A program made the position numbers and the translations under genes. The notes under the pieces are model-generated. The model had not been told where the DNA came from. It did not search any database and saw nothing but the letters and a program-made list of their open reading frames with translations. Shown here piece by piece: positions 44,461 through 54,282 of a stretch of 64,000 nucleotides of DNA (position 1 is the first letter of the stretch; each line of letters starts with the position of its first letter). The DNA is taken from positions 1-64,000 of the IMG/VR virus record IMGVR_UViG_3300022699_000293; one strand, 5' to 3'. The DNA is from a virus.

Positions 44461-47076
44461 ATGCCTATGATTACGCCCCAAGCACAACAGGGTATTCCAG
44501 CTGCGCCTGCAGCAGAACAAGCTGAGCAGATGCTTAAAGAGCGTTTTTCACAAACAGCTTATAGTGTACTGTTCTCTAAATTTCCTGATCTGGCGCAAAA
44601 TGTTGTGACTTTCAAAATTTTGGAAACTGACGGAGAAAAAGGTAATGGGGTAGGGGCATTCATAATTTTACAGGATCAACTTCCCTTTTATATTCCTGTT
44701 GTTTTGGTGGATGGGCAACTGAAACCGTTAGAAATGTTTTATTATAAGCCTTTAAATATTTTCTTGCCTTTAAACAAAAAATGGATTGACGAAATTGGAA
44801 AGATGACTCTTGAAGAAATGGGAGAATCTGAGAACGCACCGGATGTTGTACCGAAAGATATGAGTGTGCGTAATTTAGTTTTACCTCCAATGACGACAGG
44901 GAGGTTTGGGTACGCGAGTGTTTCTGAAGAAAATTTAGAACACGGTGTAAATTCAATGATCAAAGCAGCGGAAGATCATTCCTTGGATACCCATCCCCAA
45001 TTTTTAAATATTCTTCAAGAAGGAAATCGTTTATTACTAGATGGCGTAAAAATAGCTTTTGAGCAACATCCTCAATTGTTGCAAAAATTAGCTTCTGTTT
45101 ACGGTGTAAAAGAATTAATACAAGCATTTAATAAAGGATACGCCAAAGCAGAACAAACAGAAAAGATTGCAGAAAAACACGAACCTGAAAACCCTGCTTT
45201 AAAAGTACTTACGATAGACGCGTCTCCAGAAGAGTTACAAGAATCTTTTGGGGATTCAGCGAAGATTGCTTTTCAAAATATTTTAAAACATGGTTACGAT
45301 GCTGCTGATAACCGAGATAAAAATGATCTGAACCGTGTCGTAAAAGTAGAAGGAGAACGTTTTCTACAGGAACCAGGACCTGAAGGAGGCTGGTACCGTC
45401 TTTATTTTGTGGATACGAATCCTGAAATTTACTACGTAATTCCCTGGCCTGTAGAATGTACAGGAGAAACAGGATTTGTAGAAAATTCAAAACAAAGACC
45501 TATAAAATATCTTGCGATACGTAAAGATACACAAATAGCCTTTGTCGTATCTCAATTGATGGGCGAGCCTGTACACTTAATGGATAAAACAATTACGAAA
45601 TCTCCTCTGTACAAAATTTTGACAGAAACTTCAAAAAACTCTACTAAACCTAAACCAGATGTTTACGGATGTTTTATAGTACCTTGTGACAAAGGTGCTC
45701 AGGCTACGGCTCCTACATGGATAGAACAAGCTATTTCCGACAATGGAAAACAACGTTACATTTCAGCATATGGAGATGTTACATATATCCTTGATGACGA
45801 TCCTACACGAAAATATATACAAAGAGTACCACCGGCAACGGAAGACAGGTATACAGATTTAATATTTCTTCCAGCAAATGCTAAATGGATTCCTTTAGGA
45901 TCTTTTTCTAGAGATACAAAAGCTCCTGAACTAAAGTATGAACGTAAGCGAAAAGTTGAAAGTAAGCAACGAAGACATTCTATCATTCGGGATCCTCGTT
46001 TAGTAACTCGCTGGTTAGATGCTAAATTACAAAAAGAAGGTGCTCAAGTTATTAATGTTCGAAGTGATGGTTCTAGTTTCTGGAGAATAGAAGATGATTC
46101 CCTATCATATCCTTTTAAAAATGCTTTGGAGAAAGTAGCTTTACAATACCATATAAGTGTACCCGAAGCCGAAGAAGTCTTAAAAGAAGCTCAACAGTAT
46201 GGGCGTGCTCCCGTGCGTTTAGTTAAAGGTGGTAATGTATTGGAAAATTTTTTTGAAAACATTGGCAAAGAAGCACAAGCACCAATGCCTATAGCTACCC
46301 AACAAATGCAACAAATACCTGCTGGAACTATGCCACCGGGTGGGATGTTACCTCCTGCAGGAGGTCAACAGCAGCAACCAGCTGTAGACCCAACAGATTT
46401 AGCTATTACAGAAGCTATACAAAATCTACAACAACAAAACCAATTGCAAACGCAAGAAATGCAAGCACAGGCTGAACAATTACAGCAAGCTACACAGCAA
46501 CAAGCACAACAAACACAGCAGTTAGTTGGTGTTTTACAAGGGATACAACAAAGGTCAGCAGAGATCGGACAAGCTACAGGCGGAATGATTCCTCCAGAAG
46601 CTATGGAAGCTCCTGCAGCTGCTGCTGAAATGTTAGCACCTACTCCACCTCCAGAGAGCGTACCTCCGCCAATGCCGATAATGGATGAAGACACTGAATC
46701 GGTTACACCCGAAATGGTGGCGCAACAAATTAATCCATTTTTAGTTGATCAAGCTGAAGAGTTACAAGATAACCAAATATTCGATACAGCTGCCATCTCC
46801 ATGTTGGCAACGTCGCCAATTTTACAAAACATTGTTTCTATTTATGTTCCTAATATGGAAAAATGTTTAGATAATTTAGGAAGAGTTTTACTAACTCTAT
46901 GGCTAACTGAGGAAGAAACTAAAAAAGCTATAGGTGATGAGGCATTTATTTCTTTAGAAGATAAATTACGAGCTGTATTCAAATCTTTAGGAGACATAAT
47001 TATTAACTTGAGTCAAAACGCAATTAGTACTAGCCCTGAAATGCAAGCACAGCAAGGGCCTGCTACTGGGGTATAA
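44461..47076 (+). CDS. large putative internal head protein (871 aa) with Gln/Pro-rich region
   Basis: Long ORF in the head module; K-x-A motifs; TATAAT at 44414 upstream. Confidence 0.6.
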   Translation: MPMITPQAQQGIPAAPAAEQAEQMLKERFSQTAYSVLFSKFPDLAQNVVTFKILETDGEKGNGVGAFIILQDQLPFYIPVVLVDGQLKPLEMFYYKPLNIFLPLNKKWIDEIGKMTLEEMGESENAPDVVPKDMSVRNLVLPPMTTGRFGYASVSEENLEHGVNSMIKAAEDHSLDTHPQFLNILQEGNRLLLDGVKIAFEQHPQLLQKLASVYGVKELIQAFNKGYAKAEQTEKIAEKHEPENPALKVLTIDASPEELQESFGDSAKIAFQNILKHGYDAADNRDKNDLNRVVKVEGERFLQEPGPEGGWYRLYFVDTNPEIYYVIPWPVECTGETGFVENSKQRPIKYLAIRKDTQIAFVVSQLMGEPVHLMDKTITKSPLYKILTETSKNSTKPKPDVYGCFIVPCDKGAQATAPTWIEQAISDNGKQRYISAYGDVTYILDDDPTRKYIQRVPPATEDRYTDLIFLPANAKWIPLGSFSRDTKAPELKYERKRKVESKQRRHSIIRDPRLVTRWLDAKLQKEGAQVINVRSDGSSFWRIEDDSLSYPFKNALEKVALQYHISVPEAEEVLKEAQQYGRAPVRLVKGGNVLENFFENIGKEAQAPMPIATQQMQQIPAGTMPPGGMLPPAGGQQQQPAVDPTDLAITEAIQNLQQQNQLQTQEMQAQAEQLQQATQQQAQQTQQLVGVLQGIQQRSAEIGQATGGMIPPEAMEAPAAAAEMLAPTPPPESVPPPMPIMDEDTESVTPEMVAQQINPFLVDQAEELQDNQIFDTAAISMLATSPILQNIVSIYVPNMEKCLDNLGRVLLTLWLTEEETKKAIGDEAFISLEDKLRAVFKSLGDIIINLSQNAISTSPEMQAQQGPATGV

Positions 47077-47080
47077 TTTA

Positions 47081-47794
47081 ATGCATGTACTACACACTCC
47101 AGATCCATGTTGGCGTTGGAACATGCTGCGCAAGTGTGTGGAAGAGGGTGCACCTCCTAACGAACCTTATTTAAAAGAGTTTTATACTATAATTGTCCAA
47201 CAACAGGGAGATACAGAGAAACAATATGCCTTAGATTTAGTTCGTAAAAGACTACACCGAGAAATTTTGCAAGCTTTTTTTCTTTGCAACTCTAAATTAG
47301 AATTAATTTCAGATACTTTAAAAATAGAAATAGATGTATTAAATCATGTAAAATTACTGGTTGCGGATACCTCAGAATTTAGGAATCGTTTAGAACATTT
47401 TAGCTATGTTCAAGAGTTACTAGAAAACCCTAACGCATTAACGGATTCGGGTAAAAAGTATCTGTTTATGGCAATGACACACGGTCCCGAGTTTATGGCA
47501 AATCACTTCAACATTGGTGATGAAAAATTTGTAGTTACGCCTAAAAAGTTAATAGAGAAATTTATACAAACAGCGTATCATTTAGGTGCGAATGCACAAG
47601 GAAATTCTGTGACAGCTGATGTAACAAAACAAGCACGTTTGTGGATGTTGGACGGTGTGAAGTATTTGGAAGCGTATAAAGATGCCGAAGGTGGAGGTGA
47701 TGTAGACGATGATCCGCTAATGGCTATAGAAGAACGTAAACGTACGATTTCTGTCACAGATTTAGATGCTAGTCCTGAAGATATCATTCATTGA
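47081..47794 (+). CDS. hypothetical protein (237 aa)
   Basis: ORF within the operon; no family recognised. Confidence 0.65.
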   Translation: MHVLHTPDPCWRWNMLRKCVEEGAPPNEPYLKEFYTIIVQQQGDTEKQYALDLVRKRLHREILQAFFLCNSKLELISDTLKIEIDVLNHVKLLVADTSEFRNRLEHFSYVQELLENPNALTDSGKKYLFMAMTHGPEFMANHFNIGDEKFVVTPKKLIEKFIQTAYHLGANAQGNSVTADVTKQARLWMLDGVKYLEAYKDAEGGGDVDDDPLMAIEERKRTISVTDLDASPEDIIH

Positions 47795-47815
47795 TCGGGG
47801 AGATAGAGGACAACA

Positions 47816-48643
47816 ATGTTAACGAAAAATGATTTTGAAAAAGCTGCTGAAACAATAGCTAAACAATACATGCAAACTGAAGGAAATAAGACAATAAATC
47901 AGTTAGCAAAAAAAATAGCATCTGATAACAATCTGAATCCTGATCAAATTAGAACTATGGTTCGACTAGCTAACGTGTCTGTGTTTGGCAAGCTATTTCA
48001 AACCAAGACGGGAGAAGATAAGAACATCCAATTTGAAACTGGTGATCCAGAAGTGGTGATTGACGCTCTTTATGATGATACGAAAACTTTGAAACTTGCT
48101 AGCAACGCTGACACGTATGATCAGACTTTAGATTTTTACGGAGATATGTATACTGTAGAGCAAGCTGAAAAAACGGCAGCTGCTGAAGAAGATCCTGATG
48201 AAACAAAGCCTATCAAGTTAGGATATTCTAAAAAAGAATTGGTGATGCAATTAAAACGAGCATCTGACCGCTTTGATATACGTAGCAAACAAGCAGAACA
48301 ACGATGGAAAACATGTATGGAAACTGCTACATCAATGTTTAATAAAACTGCAGGAATGGAAAAAACTTCTCATTTTTCTAAATTTGAAAAAGATGTCTTA
48401 GCAGCAAATACCGAATTAATACCAGAAGTCCAAGCATTGCGGGTAATGTCCATGCGTGGTAAAGTTGCATCACCTACAAAGGAAACTCTTGAAAAAATCG
48501 CTAATACGCATGTAGCTAATTTACAAGGGGATACTAAGGAAATTTTTGAACACTTAAAACAGGCTGCTGCGGCTCGTTTGGACTACCAAGAATGTCGGGA
48601 ATGCTTAACAAAAATAGATGATAGTATTTTGAAATTGTCATGA
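47816..48643 (+). CDS. putative internal head protein rich in K-x-A motifs
   Basis: KAAE, KIAS, KLAS, KTAA, KRAS, KTAG, KVAS, KIAN, KQAA. Confidence 0.6.
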   Translation: MLTKNDFEKAAETIAKQYMQTEGNKTINQLAKKIASDNNLNPDQIRTMVRLANVSVFGKLFQTKTGEDKNIQFETGDPEVVIDALYDDTKTLKLASNADTYDQTLDFYGDMYTVEQAEKTAAAEEDPDETKPIKLGYSKKELVMQLKRASDRFDIRSKQAEQRWKTCMETATSMFNKTAGMEKTSHFSKFEKDVLAANTELIPEVQALRVMSMRGKVASPTKETLEKIANTHVANLQGDTKEIFEHLKQAAAARLDYQECRECLTKIDDSILKLS

Positions 48644-49413
48644 ATTTTGAAACTGTAGAAAAATTAGCAACTCCTGGAACAGGAAAAACGGCTAAATCTT
48701 TGCTAAGCCGAATAAAAAATTTGTACCGAACACACCCAAAAAAAATGATGGCAGGGACTGTTGCAGGAGTAGGCGGAGCAGGAATGTTAGCAGCACTGCC
48801 TAAAGCACGACGAGAAGGACAAAGATTGGAGGCTGAAATGGCTGAGGCGTATACAGGAGCTCCGGGAGGTAAATATGTTTTTGCGGCACTAGAAAAGTTC
48901 GCAGAACGCAAACAATATTTAAGTGAAAAAATAGCGATGGTAAAGAAAGCTTATAACTTTGCACAACCTGCTTCTAATTATCCCGGGAGACGGGAACGTC
49001 CATCTTTTGCTGAAAACGTTGAAGGAGGCGTTGCAAAAGCGTTAGGTGGGGGGATAGCTCAAGCAGGTATTTCTGCGTTGGGTAAGCTTATTAGCGGTAC
49101 TGCAAAATCTCTTAAAGAGCGCATGGTTCTAGACAAGAAAAGAGAAGCTATTGTAGACCACATTATGGAGCATGACCCCATCGTTTCTGTTCAGGAAGAA
49201 CTTAACCCGGGATCTACTATTCAAGCATATTCGACCATGGTCAAGTTTGCTCCTCGCTTAAGTACGGACCCAAACGTAGTAACATCATTTTTACGTGAAG
49301 CTTCTCAATCTGAAGGTGGGATTAATCCCTTGACGGTTCAACAATTAGCTAAGACTGAATCAGCCATTAACCAGATTTACGGCCCCTCCGGAGGCGGCGG
49401 TAAAGGTCGATAA
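48640..49413 (+). CDS. putative head cargo protein with glycine-rich hydrophobic helices
   Basis: EKLA, EKFA, EKIA; AGTVAGVGGAGMLAAL; ALGGGIAQAGISALG. Confidence 0.55.
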   Translation: MNFETVEKLATPGTGKTAKSLLSRIKNLYRTHPKKMMAGTVAGVGGAGMLAALPKARREGQRLEAEMAEAYTGAPGGKYVFAALEKFAERKQYLSEKIAMVKKAYNFAQPASNYPGRRERPSFAENVEGGVAKALGGGIAQAGISALGKLISGTAKSLKERMVLDKKREAIVDHIMEHDPIVSVQEELNPGSTIQAYSTMVKFAPRLSTDPNVVTSFLREASQSEGGINPLTVQQLAKTESAINQIYGPSGGGGKGR

Positions 49414-49428
49414 AGAAGGAGATACGTC

Positions 49429-49647
49429 ATGGACGAATTTAAATTATTAGACACGTTATTGCCTGCTAATTTAAAATTAGCGATGCTGACGGGGAATGCT
49501 GACAAGATTGCAACAGCATGTACAGGTTTAGACAAATTTGAATTTAGAGATGTGGCACAGTATGTCGGTACTAAACTTGCCGAACATGGACGGCATTATC
49601 AAAAAATAAGTCGTGGATTGTTAGCACTTGAAAAGTTAAAAGGTTAA
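49429..49647 (+). CDS. small hypothetical head-module protein
   Basis: AAGGAG RBS; KLAM, KIAT, KLAE. Confidence 0.65.
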   Translation: MDEFKLLDTLLPANLKLAMLTGNADKIATACTGLDKFEFRDVAQYVGTKLAEHGRHYQKISRGLLALEKLKG

Positions 49648-49652
49648 TCACC

Positions 49653-50027
49653 ATGCAACGTAAATTTGCAAAAGACGTATCTTGTGCTGTACATGAATTA
49701 GGGCAGTTAGAAACTATTGCAGTTAAAACAGCATCAGAAAATGCCAGCGCAGAAGCACAACGAACTATCTCAATGGCAGCTAGCGGTATTTACGACGTAA
49801 TACAACAAAAAGCTGCGGAAGAATGTGCTGGTGATTTTTGTCAATGTGTCGACAAAGTAGCAACAACTTTACAAAAGCCCAAAATGTCTGTAGACGCTAA
49901 AACTAAATTAGCGGCAGCTGTTGCTGTAGATACTGTATTAACGGAACAACCGCAAACAGAGAAAATTGCTCGTGCTCGGGCTTACGGTCGAGAATTTATA
50001 GCAGAGTTTCTGAGAGAAATTATTTAA
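49653..50027 (+). CDS. hypothetical head-module protein
   Basis: KFAK, KTAS, KAAE, KVAT, KLAA, KIAR. Confidence 0.65.
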   Translation: MQRKFAKDVSCAVHELGQLETIAVKTASENASAEAQRTISMAASGIYDVIQQKAAEECAGDFCQCVDKVATTLQKPKMSVDAKTKLAAAVAVDTVLTEQPQTEKIARARAYGREFIAEFLREII

Positions 50028-50028
50028 A

Positions 50029-52110
50029 ATGCTTTCAAAAATATTACATTTAGATTCGCATTTCCCTACAGGCGAGTTAACAGTACAGCCTGTATTTTTG
50101 TGGGCTAATGGAAAAGCATGTCTTGAAAATATAAGCAAGTATGCAAGTGTGGGTCACGATTACTTCAAAACAATTGAACCTATTCCCGGACACTCCGTTG
50201 TTTATGTTCTTGCTGTTAGTGGTTGGGAAACTTACGGAGAAAATAAAAATGGGGACGGTTTTCCTGAATTCCCATATAAAGAAGATTCTTCTCCACCATG
50301 GATTGCTCCTGATGAAGTTCTTCCGTTACATTATAAATCTTTTGAAAAACACGGAAATAACTTTCGACATCATCAAAATAAAGATCCTAAAAAAGCTGTA
50401 GGGAAAGTTATAAAATCTTTTTGGAATCCTACAATGCACCGAGTTGAACTTCTAATTGATTTAGAAGATGAAAAAGCTCCAGATTTAGCGGAAAGAATTG
50501 CTTCCGGTGAATTCCCTCCTGTTAGTATGGGAACTCGAGTTAGGTACGATGTTTGTAACATTTGCGGTAATCGCGCACCTACTCGTGCTCAATATTGTGA
50601 CCATCTTAAATTTCAAATGAAGCAGACACTACCAGACGGTAGAACTATTTGTGCTTTAAACCCTAATCCTAAATTTTTTGATATTAGTTGGGTTTTTAAA
50701 CCAGCAGACCCGACAGCGTATATGCTAAAAAAAGTAGCTGATAACGAACCTTATGAGTTGTCAGGTGCAGCTGCAGGAGAGTACTTAGACAAGATGGCGG
50801 AACGAAAATTAGCCGCTAAAAAATTAGCTGTAATTGACAAACTTATTCAAGGTTATCCTCTAGACGCTAAATGCGAAGGATTTAATCCCTCCGATATACA
50901 TAACATTCAAGCTATAAGAGATCTTGTTCTATCCGTAGTAGACGACATTCCTGAATTCTCAGACGATACTTTGAAAGAATTGTCGATCCACCCTCTTAAC
51001 AAAATTTTTTCTACTTTGTTTTCAGGAGGAATTTCTCTTTCTACTCCGGAGTTAGTAAAAATAATCGTCTATAAAAATTATCCTAATACGGAAATAGGGG
51101 ATGATATTTTAGACAAGTGCGTTATTATGCAACAACCTTTAAGGGAATTTATTGAAGATTGTCCCCAAATTATGGATCAGTTTGAAAAAGATGGGTACTT
51201 TGACTTAGGTATCGATAAAGTAGATACCAAAATAGCTTCAATTGTTGATCCTTATTTTGAAAAACGTTCTGGTATTCCTCAATATTTAAAACGACAATTT
51301 GTACCTTCAAAATATCGAGATGTGCCTGAGCCTAAAACAACACCTCTTACCGTTAGTGATCCAGTTACAGGAACTCGATACCAAACTACACGAGGTGCTG
51401 CTCTAACGGCACATGACGAAATAGCTAAAAAGAATTTAATGAAAGTTTTGGGGGGTGCTGCTTTGTTGGGCGGTGCTTATAAGTTACTTGGAACAGGTTT
51501 AGAGCATATAGGGAAACGAAAATTAAAACCACTATTAGGGTTATCTTTAGCAGGTTTAGGTGTTAGTCAGTGGCCTGATATGGGTCCGCATTACAGGACA
51601 GACCAAGGCGTTCCTGTGCCGACATTGACTGAAATGGTACCTAAGCAGGCAGCTATAACATCTTCTTTAGCATTGCCTGCTTTAGGTACTTTAGCAGCTA
51701 TGACTGCTTTGGGCTTAGACTATAAATCTCGATTACGGCGAGGAGAACCTATAGGGCATCCTGCATTACCTTTATCTCGACGACTATTGGATAGGGTTGA
51801 ACGTTTTACTTATGAGCACCCTGTAGTTACTGCTATTGGTGGAACAGCTGCCTTGAAAGGTCTTGGAAAAATTCCTCTTGTGCAGAAAGGTATGGGTTAT
51901 GCCGGACGTGCAGGAGAATATGCAAAAAGAAAAGCTCAAGATGCTGCTTCAAATGTGCGCGATGCTTTTCGTACTATGGCTCGGGAACGTGTAAAAGTAT
52001 CTGAACTTCTCGAACCAGATTTACCAACACCTACAGGTACAGTAGAATTGCCCCCTATAGATTTGGATAAAATAGCTACAAAAATTGGTTATCTAATTTG
52101 GGAAGGCTAA
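50029..52110 (+). CDS. putative prohead maturation protease (HK97/assemblin-like) with C-terminal extension
   Basis: N.NGDGF, FRHH.N.D....VG (His), VSMG (Ser), CNIC..CDH Zn insert, FFDISWV..PAD; upstream of the scaffold/capsid genes. Confidence 0.65.
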   Translation: MLSKILHLDSHFPTGELTVQPVFLWANGKACLENISKYASVGHDYFKTIEPIPGHSVVYVLAVSGWETYGENKNGDGFPEFPYKEDSSPPWIAPDEVLPLHYKSFEKHGNNFRHHQNKDPKKAVGKVIKSFWNPTMHRVELLIDLEDEKAPDLAERIASGEFPPVSMGTRVRYDVCNICGNRAPTRAQYCDHLKFQMKQTLPDGRTICALNPNPKFFDISWVFKPADPTAYMLKKVADNEPYELSGAAAGEYLDKMAERKLAAKKLAVIDKLIQGYPLDAKCEGFNPSDIHNIQAIRDLVLSVVDDIPEFSDDTLKELSIHPLNKIFSTLFSGGISLSTPELVKIIVYKNYPNTEIGDDILDKCVIMQQPLREFIEDCPQIMDQFEKDGYFDLGIDKVDTKIASIVDPYFEKRSGIPQYLKRQFVPSKYRDVPEPKTTPLTVSDPVTGTRYQTTRGAALTAHDEIAKKNLMKVLGGAALLGGAYKLLGTGLEHIGKRKLKPLLGLSLAGLGVSQWPDMGPHYRTDQGVPVPTLTEMVPKQAAITSSLALPALGTLAAMTALGLDYKSRLRRGEPIGHPALPLSRRLLDRVERFTYEHPVVTAIGGTAALKGLGKIPLVQKGMGYAGRAGEYAKRKAQDAASNVRDAFRTMARERVKVSELLEPDLPTPTGTVELPPIDLDKIATKIGYLIWEG

Positions 52111-52113
52111 ACC

Positions 52114-52142
52114 TTGTAAAAATAAAAAACTTACCCTATCAT
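52114..52142 (+). promoter_or_regulatory. sigma70-like promoter for the scaffold/capsid operon
   Basis: TTGTAA-17 nt-TATCAT upstream of GAGG RBS and ATG 52175. Confidence 0.45.
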
Positions 52143-52174
52143 TAGGGCATCGTAACCTGAAGCGAGGTACTAAA

Positions 52175-52936
52175 ATGGAACTGGAAGCAATCATCAATGA
52201 ACTGAAAAAAGATCCGGAGACTGAGAAAGTCGCCAATGACAACAGTTCAACAACCCCTGCTCAATCCCAGGACAAAAGTGCGGAAGAATTGAGTGATGCG
52301 TTAAAGGATGCCCTCAAAACGGGGGAACCAAATAAGCAAGCTTCTGCAGAAGAAGAAAATCCTGTGGAAGCTTTGATGAAAATGGCGAGTGAAATGTCTA
52401 GCATGGACAAAGAAGCAGAAGAAGCCACTGTACGAAATTTAGGTATTGCTTTTGCAGATAGTGCACACCGCCGATGGAACGAGTTAAATGAAAAAGTAGG
52501 TAACGTTTTAGATCCTCTGGCTGAAGCAGTGAAAATTGCAGCTATGCAGGGTTACGAGGATACTAATACCGCTTTAGGAAAACAAGCAACACTTCAGCAA
52601 GGTTACGAAGATACTGATCTTGCATTAACAAAACAAGCAGCACTCCAACAAGGTTATAGTGATGCTAACGCTACTTTAGATGGCTACCAAAAAACAGCGG
52701 CGGGACAGACTGACGTGTCTGACGAACAAGTATTAGAGCAACTCGTAAAGCATGCAGAAGCTGGTGACGCTGAAGCTCAGCAATACTTACAAAAAATTGC
52801 AGAAGAATATGAAGCTGGTAGTCAAGCTGCATTGCAAATGGCTCACAAGGTAGCATCTGAAGAATTTTTAAAGGGTGCGGCAGAAGTTCAGGTTTTGCTT
52901 AACGCTCTGCGAGAACAACAACAGCAACAACAATAA
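52175..52936 (+). CDS. putative scaffolding protein with three 17-aa repeats
   Basis: Acidic and helical; GYED/GYSD...KQA repeats at 51-bp period; more than 10 K-x-A motifs. Confidence 0.6.
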   Translation: MELEAIINELKKDPETEKVANDNSSTTPAQSQDKSAEELSDALKDALKTGEPNKQASAEEENPVEALMKMASEMSSMDKEAEEATVRNLGIAFADSAHRRWNELNEKVGNVLDPLAEAVKIAAMQGYEDTNTALGKQATLQQGYEDTDLALTKQAALQQGYSDANATLDGYQKTAAGQTDVSDEQVLEQLVKHAEAGDAEAQQYLQKIAEEYEAGSQAALQMAHKVASEEFLKGAAEVQVLLNALREQQQQQQ

Positions 52937-52937
52937 A

Positions 52938-53024
52938 ATGTACGATTCAAGTACCATAAAATTCTATACTGAATTGTACAAACAGGCATATGAGATTGCT
53001 GCTAAAAGGTTTAATACACTATGA
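52938..53024 (+). CDS. 28-aa mini-protein (absent from the ORF track)
   Basis: MYDSSTIKFYTELYKQAYEIAAKRFNTL*; fills the gap exactly, ATGA overlap with 53021. Confidence 0.5.
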   Translation: MYDSSTIKFYTELYKQAYEIAAKRFNTL

Positions 53025-53272
53025 AACGTGTACCTAATGTGCGAGAAGTTATGGACGCTGTTCAGACTGCTGTCCAAACATCTTCTCAAGAAAAATTGGC
53101 TGCTGACATAGATGCACCTTCTAATTTCGTTGTGGAAACATCACAACAATTAGAAAAATTGGCTAGAAAAATTAGACGTGGAAATTTTGCGCCAGTGACC
53201 TATAATGATGTTATGGAATTCGGCTCGTTTGTTAAAAAGGCAGTGAATCGTGAAAGCCACGGAACAACTTAA
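53021..53272 (+). CDS. small head-module protein
   Basis: EKLAA, EKLAR. Confidence 0.65.
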   Translation: MKRVPNVREVMDAVQTAVQTSSQEKLAADIDAPSNFVVETSQQLEKLARKIRRGNFAPVTYNDVMEFGSFVKKAVNRESHGTT

Positions 53273-53405
53273 AAAATTTGCTCAAGAACTTCGCGAAGTG
53301 GCGCAAGAAGTAGAGCAAGAAAAAATGCGCAAATGTGCGCAAATTCTTGTGGCGGCTCAAGGACTGTCAACTTTACAAACACGAATTACGGGAGATGTGG
53401 ATTAA
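53250..53405 (+). CDS. 51-aa helical protein (absent from the ORF track)
   Basis: GTG start; MKATEQLKKFAQELREVAQEVEQEKMRKCAQILVAAQGLSTLQTRITGDVD*; TAATG overlap with the next gene. Confidence 0.6.
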   Translation: MKATEQLKKFAQELREVAQEVEQEKMRKCAQILVAAQGLSTLQTRITGDVD

Positions 53406-53755
53406 TGCAAGTCGATTCTACCATGCTGTCTAAAATTGCTTCAGTCATTGAAAAGACTGCAGAGTATATTGAACGGCGCGAAGCACAAACGGTCACAGAA
53501 CAACAAGAAAAGCGTGCAGAAGAGGCTAAACGCATCGCAGATAAGTTGTCTTCTCTTACGGGTGAAGACTTAGATAACAGTATTACTGAAAAATTAGCAG
53601 AAATAGATCCTAGGATTGTCAACGTTCTTGATAGGATTACGGGAGACGATGTTGAAATCGACTCTATGGGTGGCCCTGGTACTGCCAGGGAAAAAGTAGC
53701 ATCGAGCATAAGATCCGCTAATGATGAGTTTGTTGAGTGGGTCACGGGACCGTAA
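53405..53755 (+). CDS. scaffold-like small protein
   Basis: Start at ATG 53405 (MQVDST); KIAS, KTAE, KRAE, KLAE, KVAS. Confidence 0.65.
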   Translation: MQVDSTMLSKIASVIEKTAEYIERREAQTVTEQQEKRAEEAKRIADKLSSLTGEDLDNSITEKLAEIDPRIVNVLDRITGDDVEIDSMGGPGTAREKVASSIRSANDEFVEWVTGP

Positions 53756-53770
53756 ACGGAGGAAACTGAA

Positions 53771-54268
53771 ATGAGTCTACTGAACAACAATTTCGATATC
53801 ATCACAAAGGACCCGCATCCTAATGCCTTGGCGAGTCTTATGGTTATTTTGGATGTTTCTGGTGCTCCTGGCCCAGCACCGTCCGGAACACCTACTCCAG
53901 GTACGATTGAACCTGGGCATATCGTCATGATGGACGCAACAGGCGAAGCTGTTTTGGGTGACCGTGCTGCCTGGACTACAGCTACCCCCATTATGTATAT
54001 GGCTGCGGTAGATGGTGATATGGATATGGACGGTGCATTTTTACACCGTATTACATGTCTCCAAGGTGGTTTTGAGATGACCACAGAACAATACGTTGCT
54101 GCTGCGTACACTCCAGGTCAACCTTTGACTGTAGGTACAGGCGCAAACGTAGGTCTGTTAGAAGGGTTGACGTTAGCAGGACAACCTTTATATGGTTTTG
54201 TAGGACCGAGAGGCGTAGGGTCTGACGGTACGTTAGATGTAATTGTACCTCAGAGTAATGGCCGCTAA
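53771..54268 (+). CDS. putative capsid decoration/cement protein
   Basis: Gly/Pro/Thr-rich beta-type protein directly before the capsid gene; YTPGQPLTVG motif; GGAGG RBS. Confidence 0.55.
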   Translation: MSLLNNNFDIITKDPHPNALASLMVILDVSGAPGPAPSGTPTPGTIEPGHIVMMDATGEAVLGDRAAWTTATPIMYMAAVDGDMDMDGAFLHRITCLQGGFEMTTEQYVAAAYTPGQPLTVGTGANVGLLEGLTLAGQPLYGFVGPRGVGSDGTLDVIVPQSNGR

Positions 54269-54282
54269 TAAGGAGGGCAGCC

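Noticed and set aside
53386-54111. 241-aa minus-strand ORF and the other antisense/shadow ORFs in the track (e.g. 1362-1730, 29463-29921, 42921-43256, 46365-46694)
   Set aside because: They lie opposite well-supported genes, lack RBS or motifs, and reflect codon bias of the sense strand
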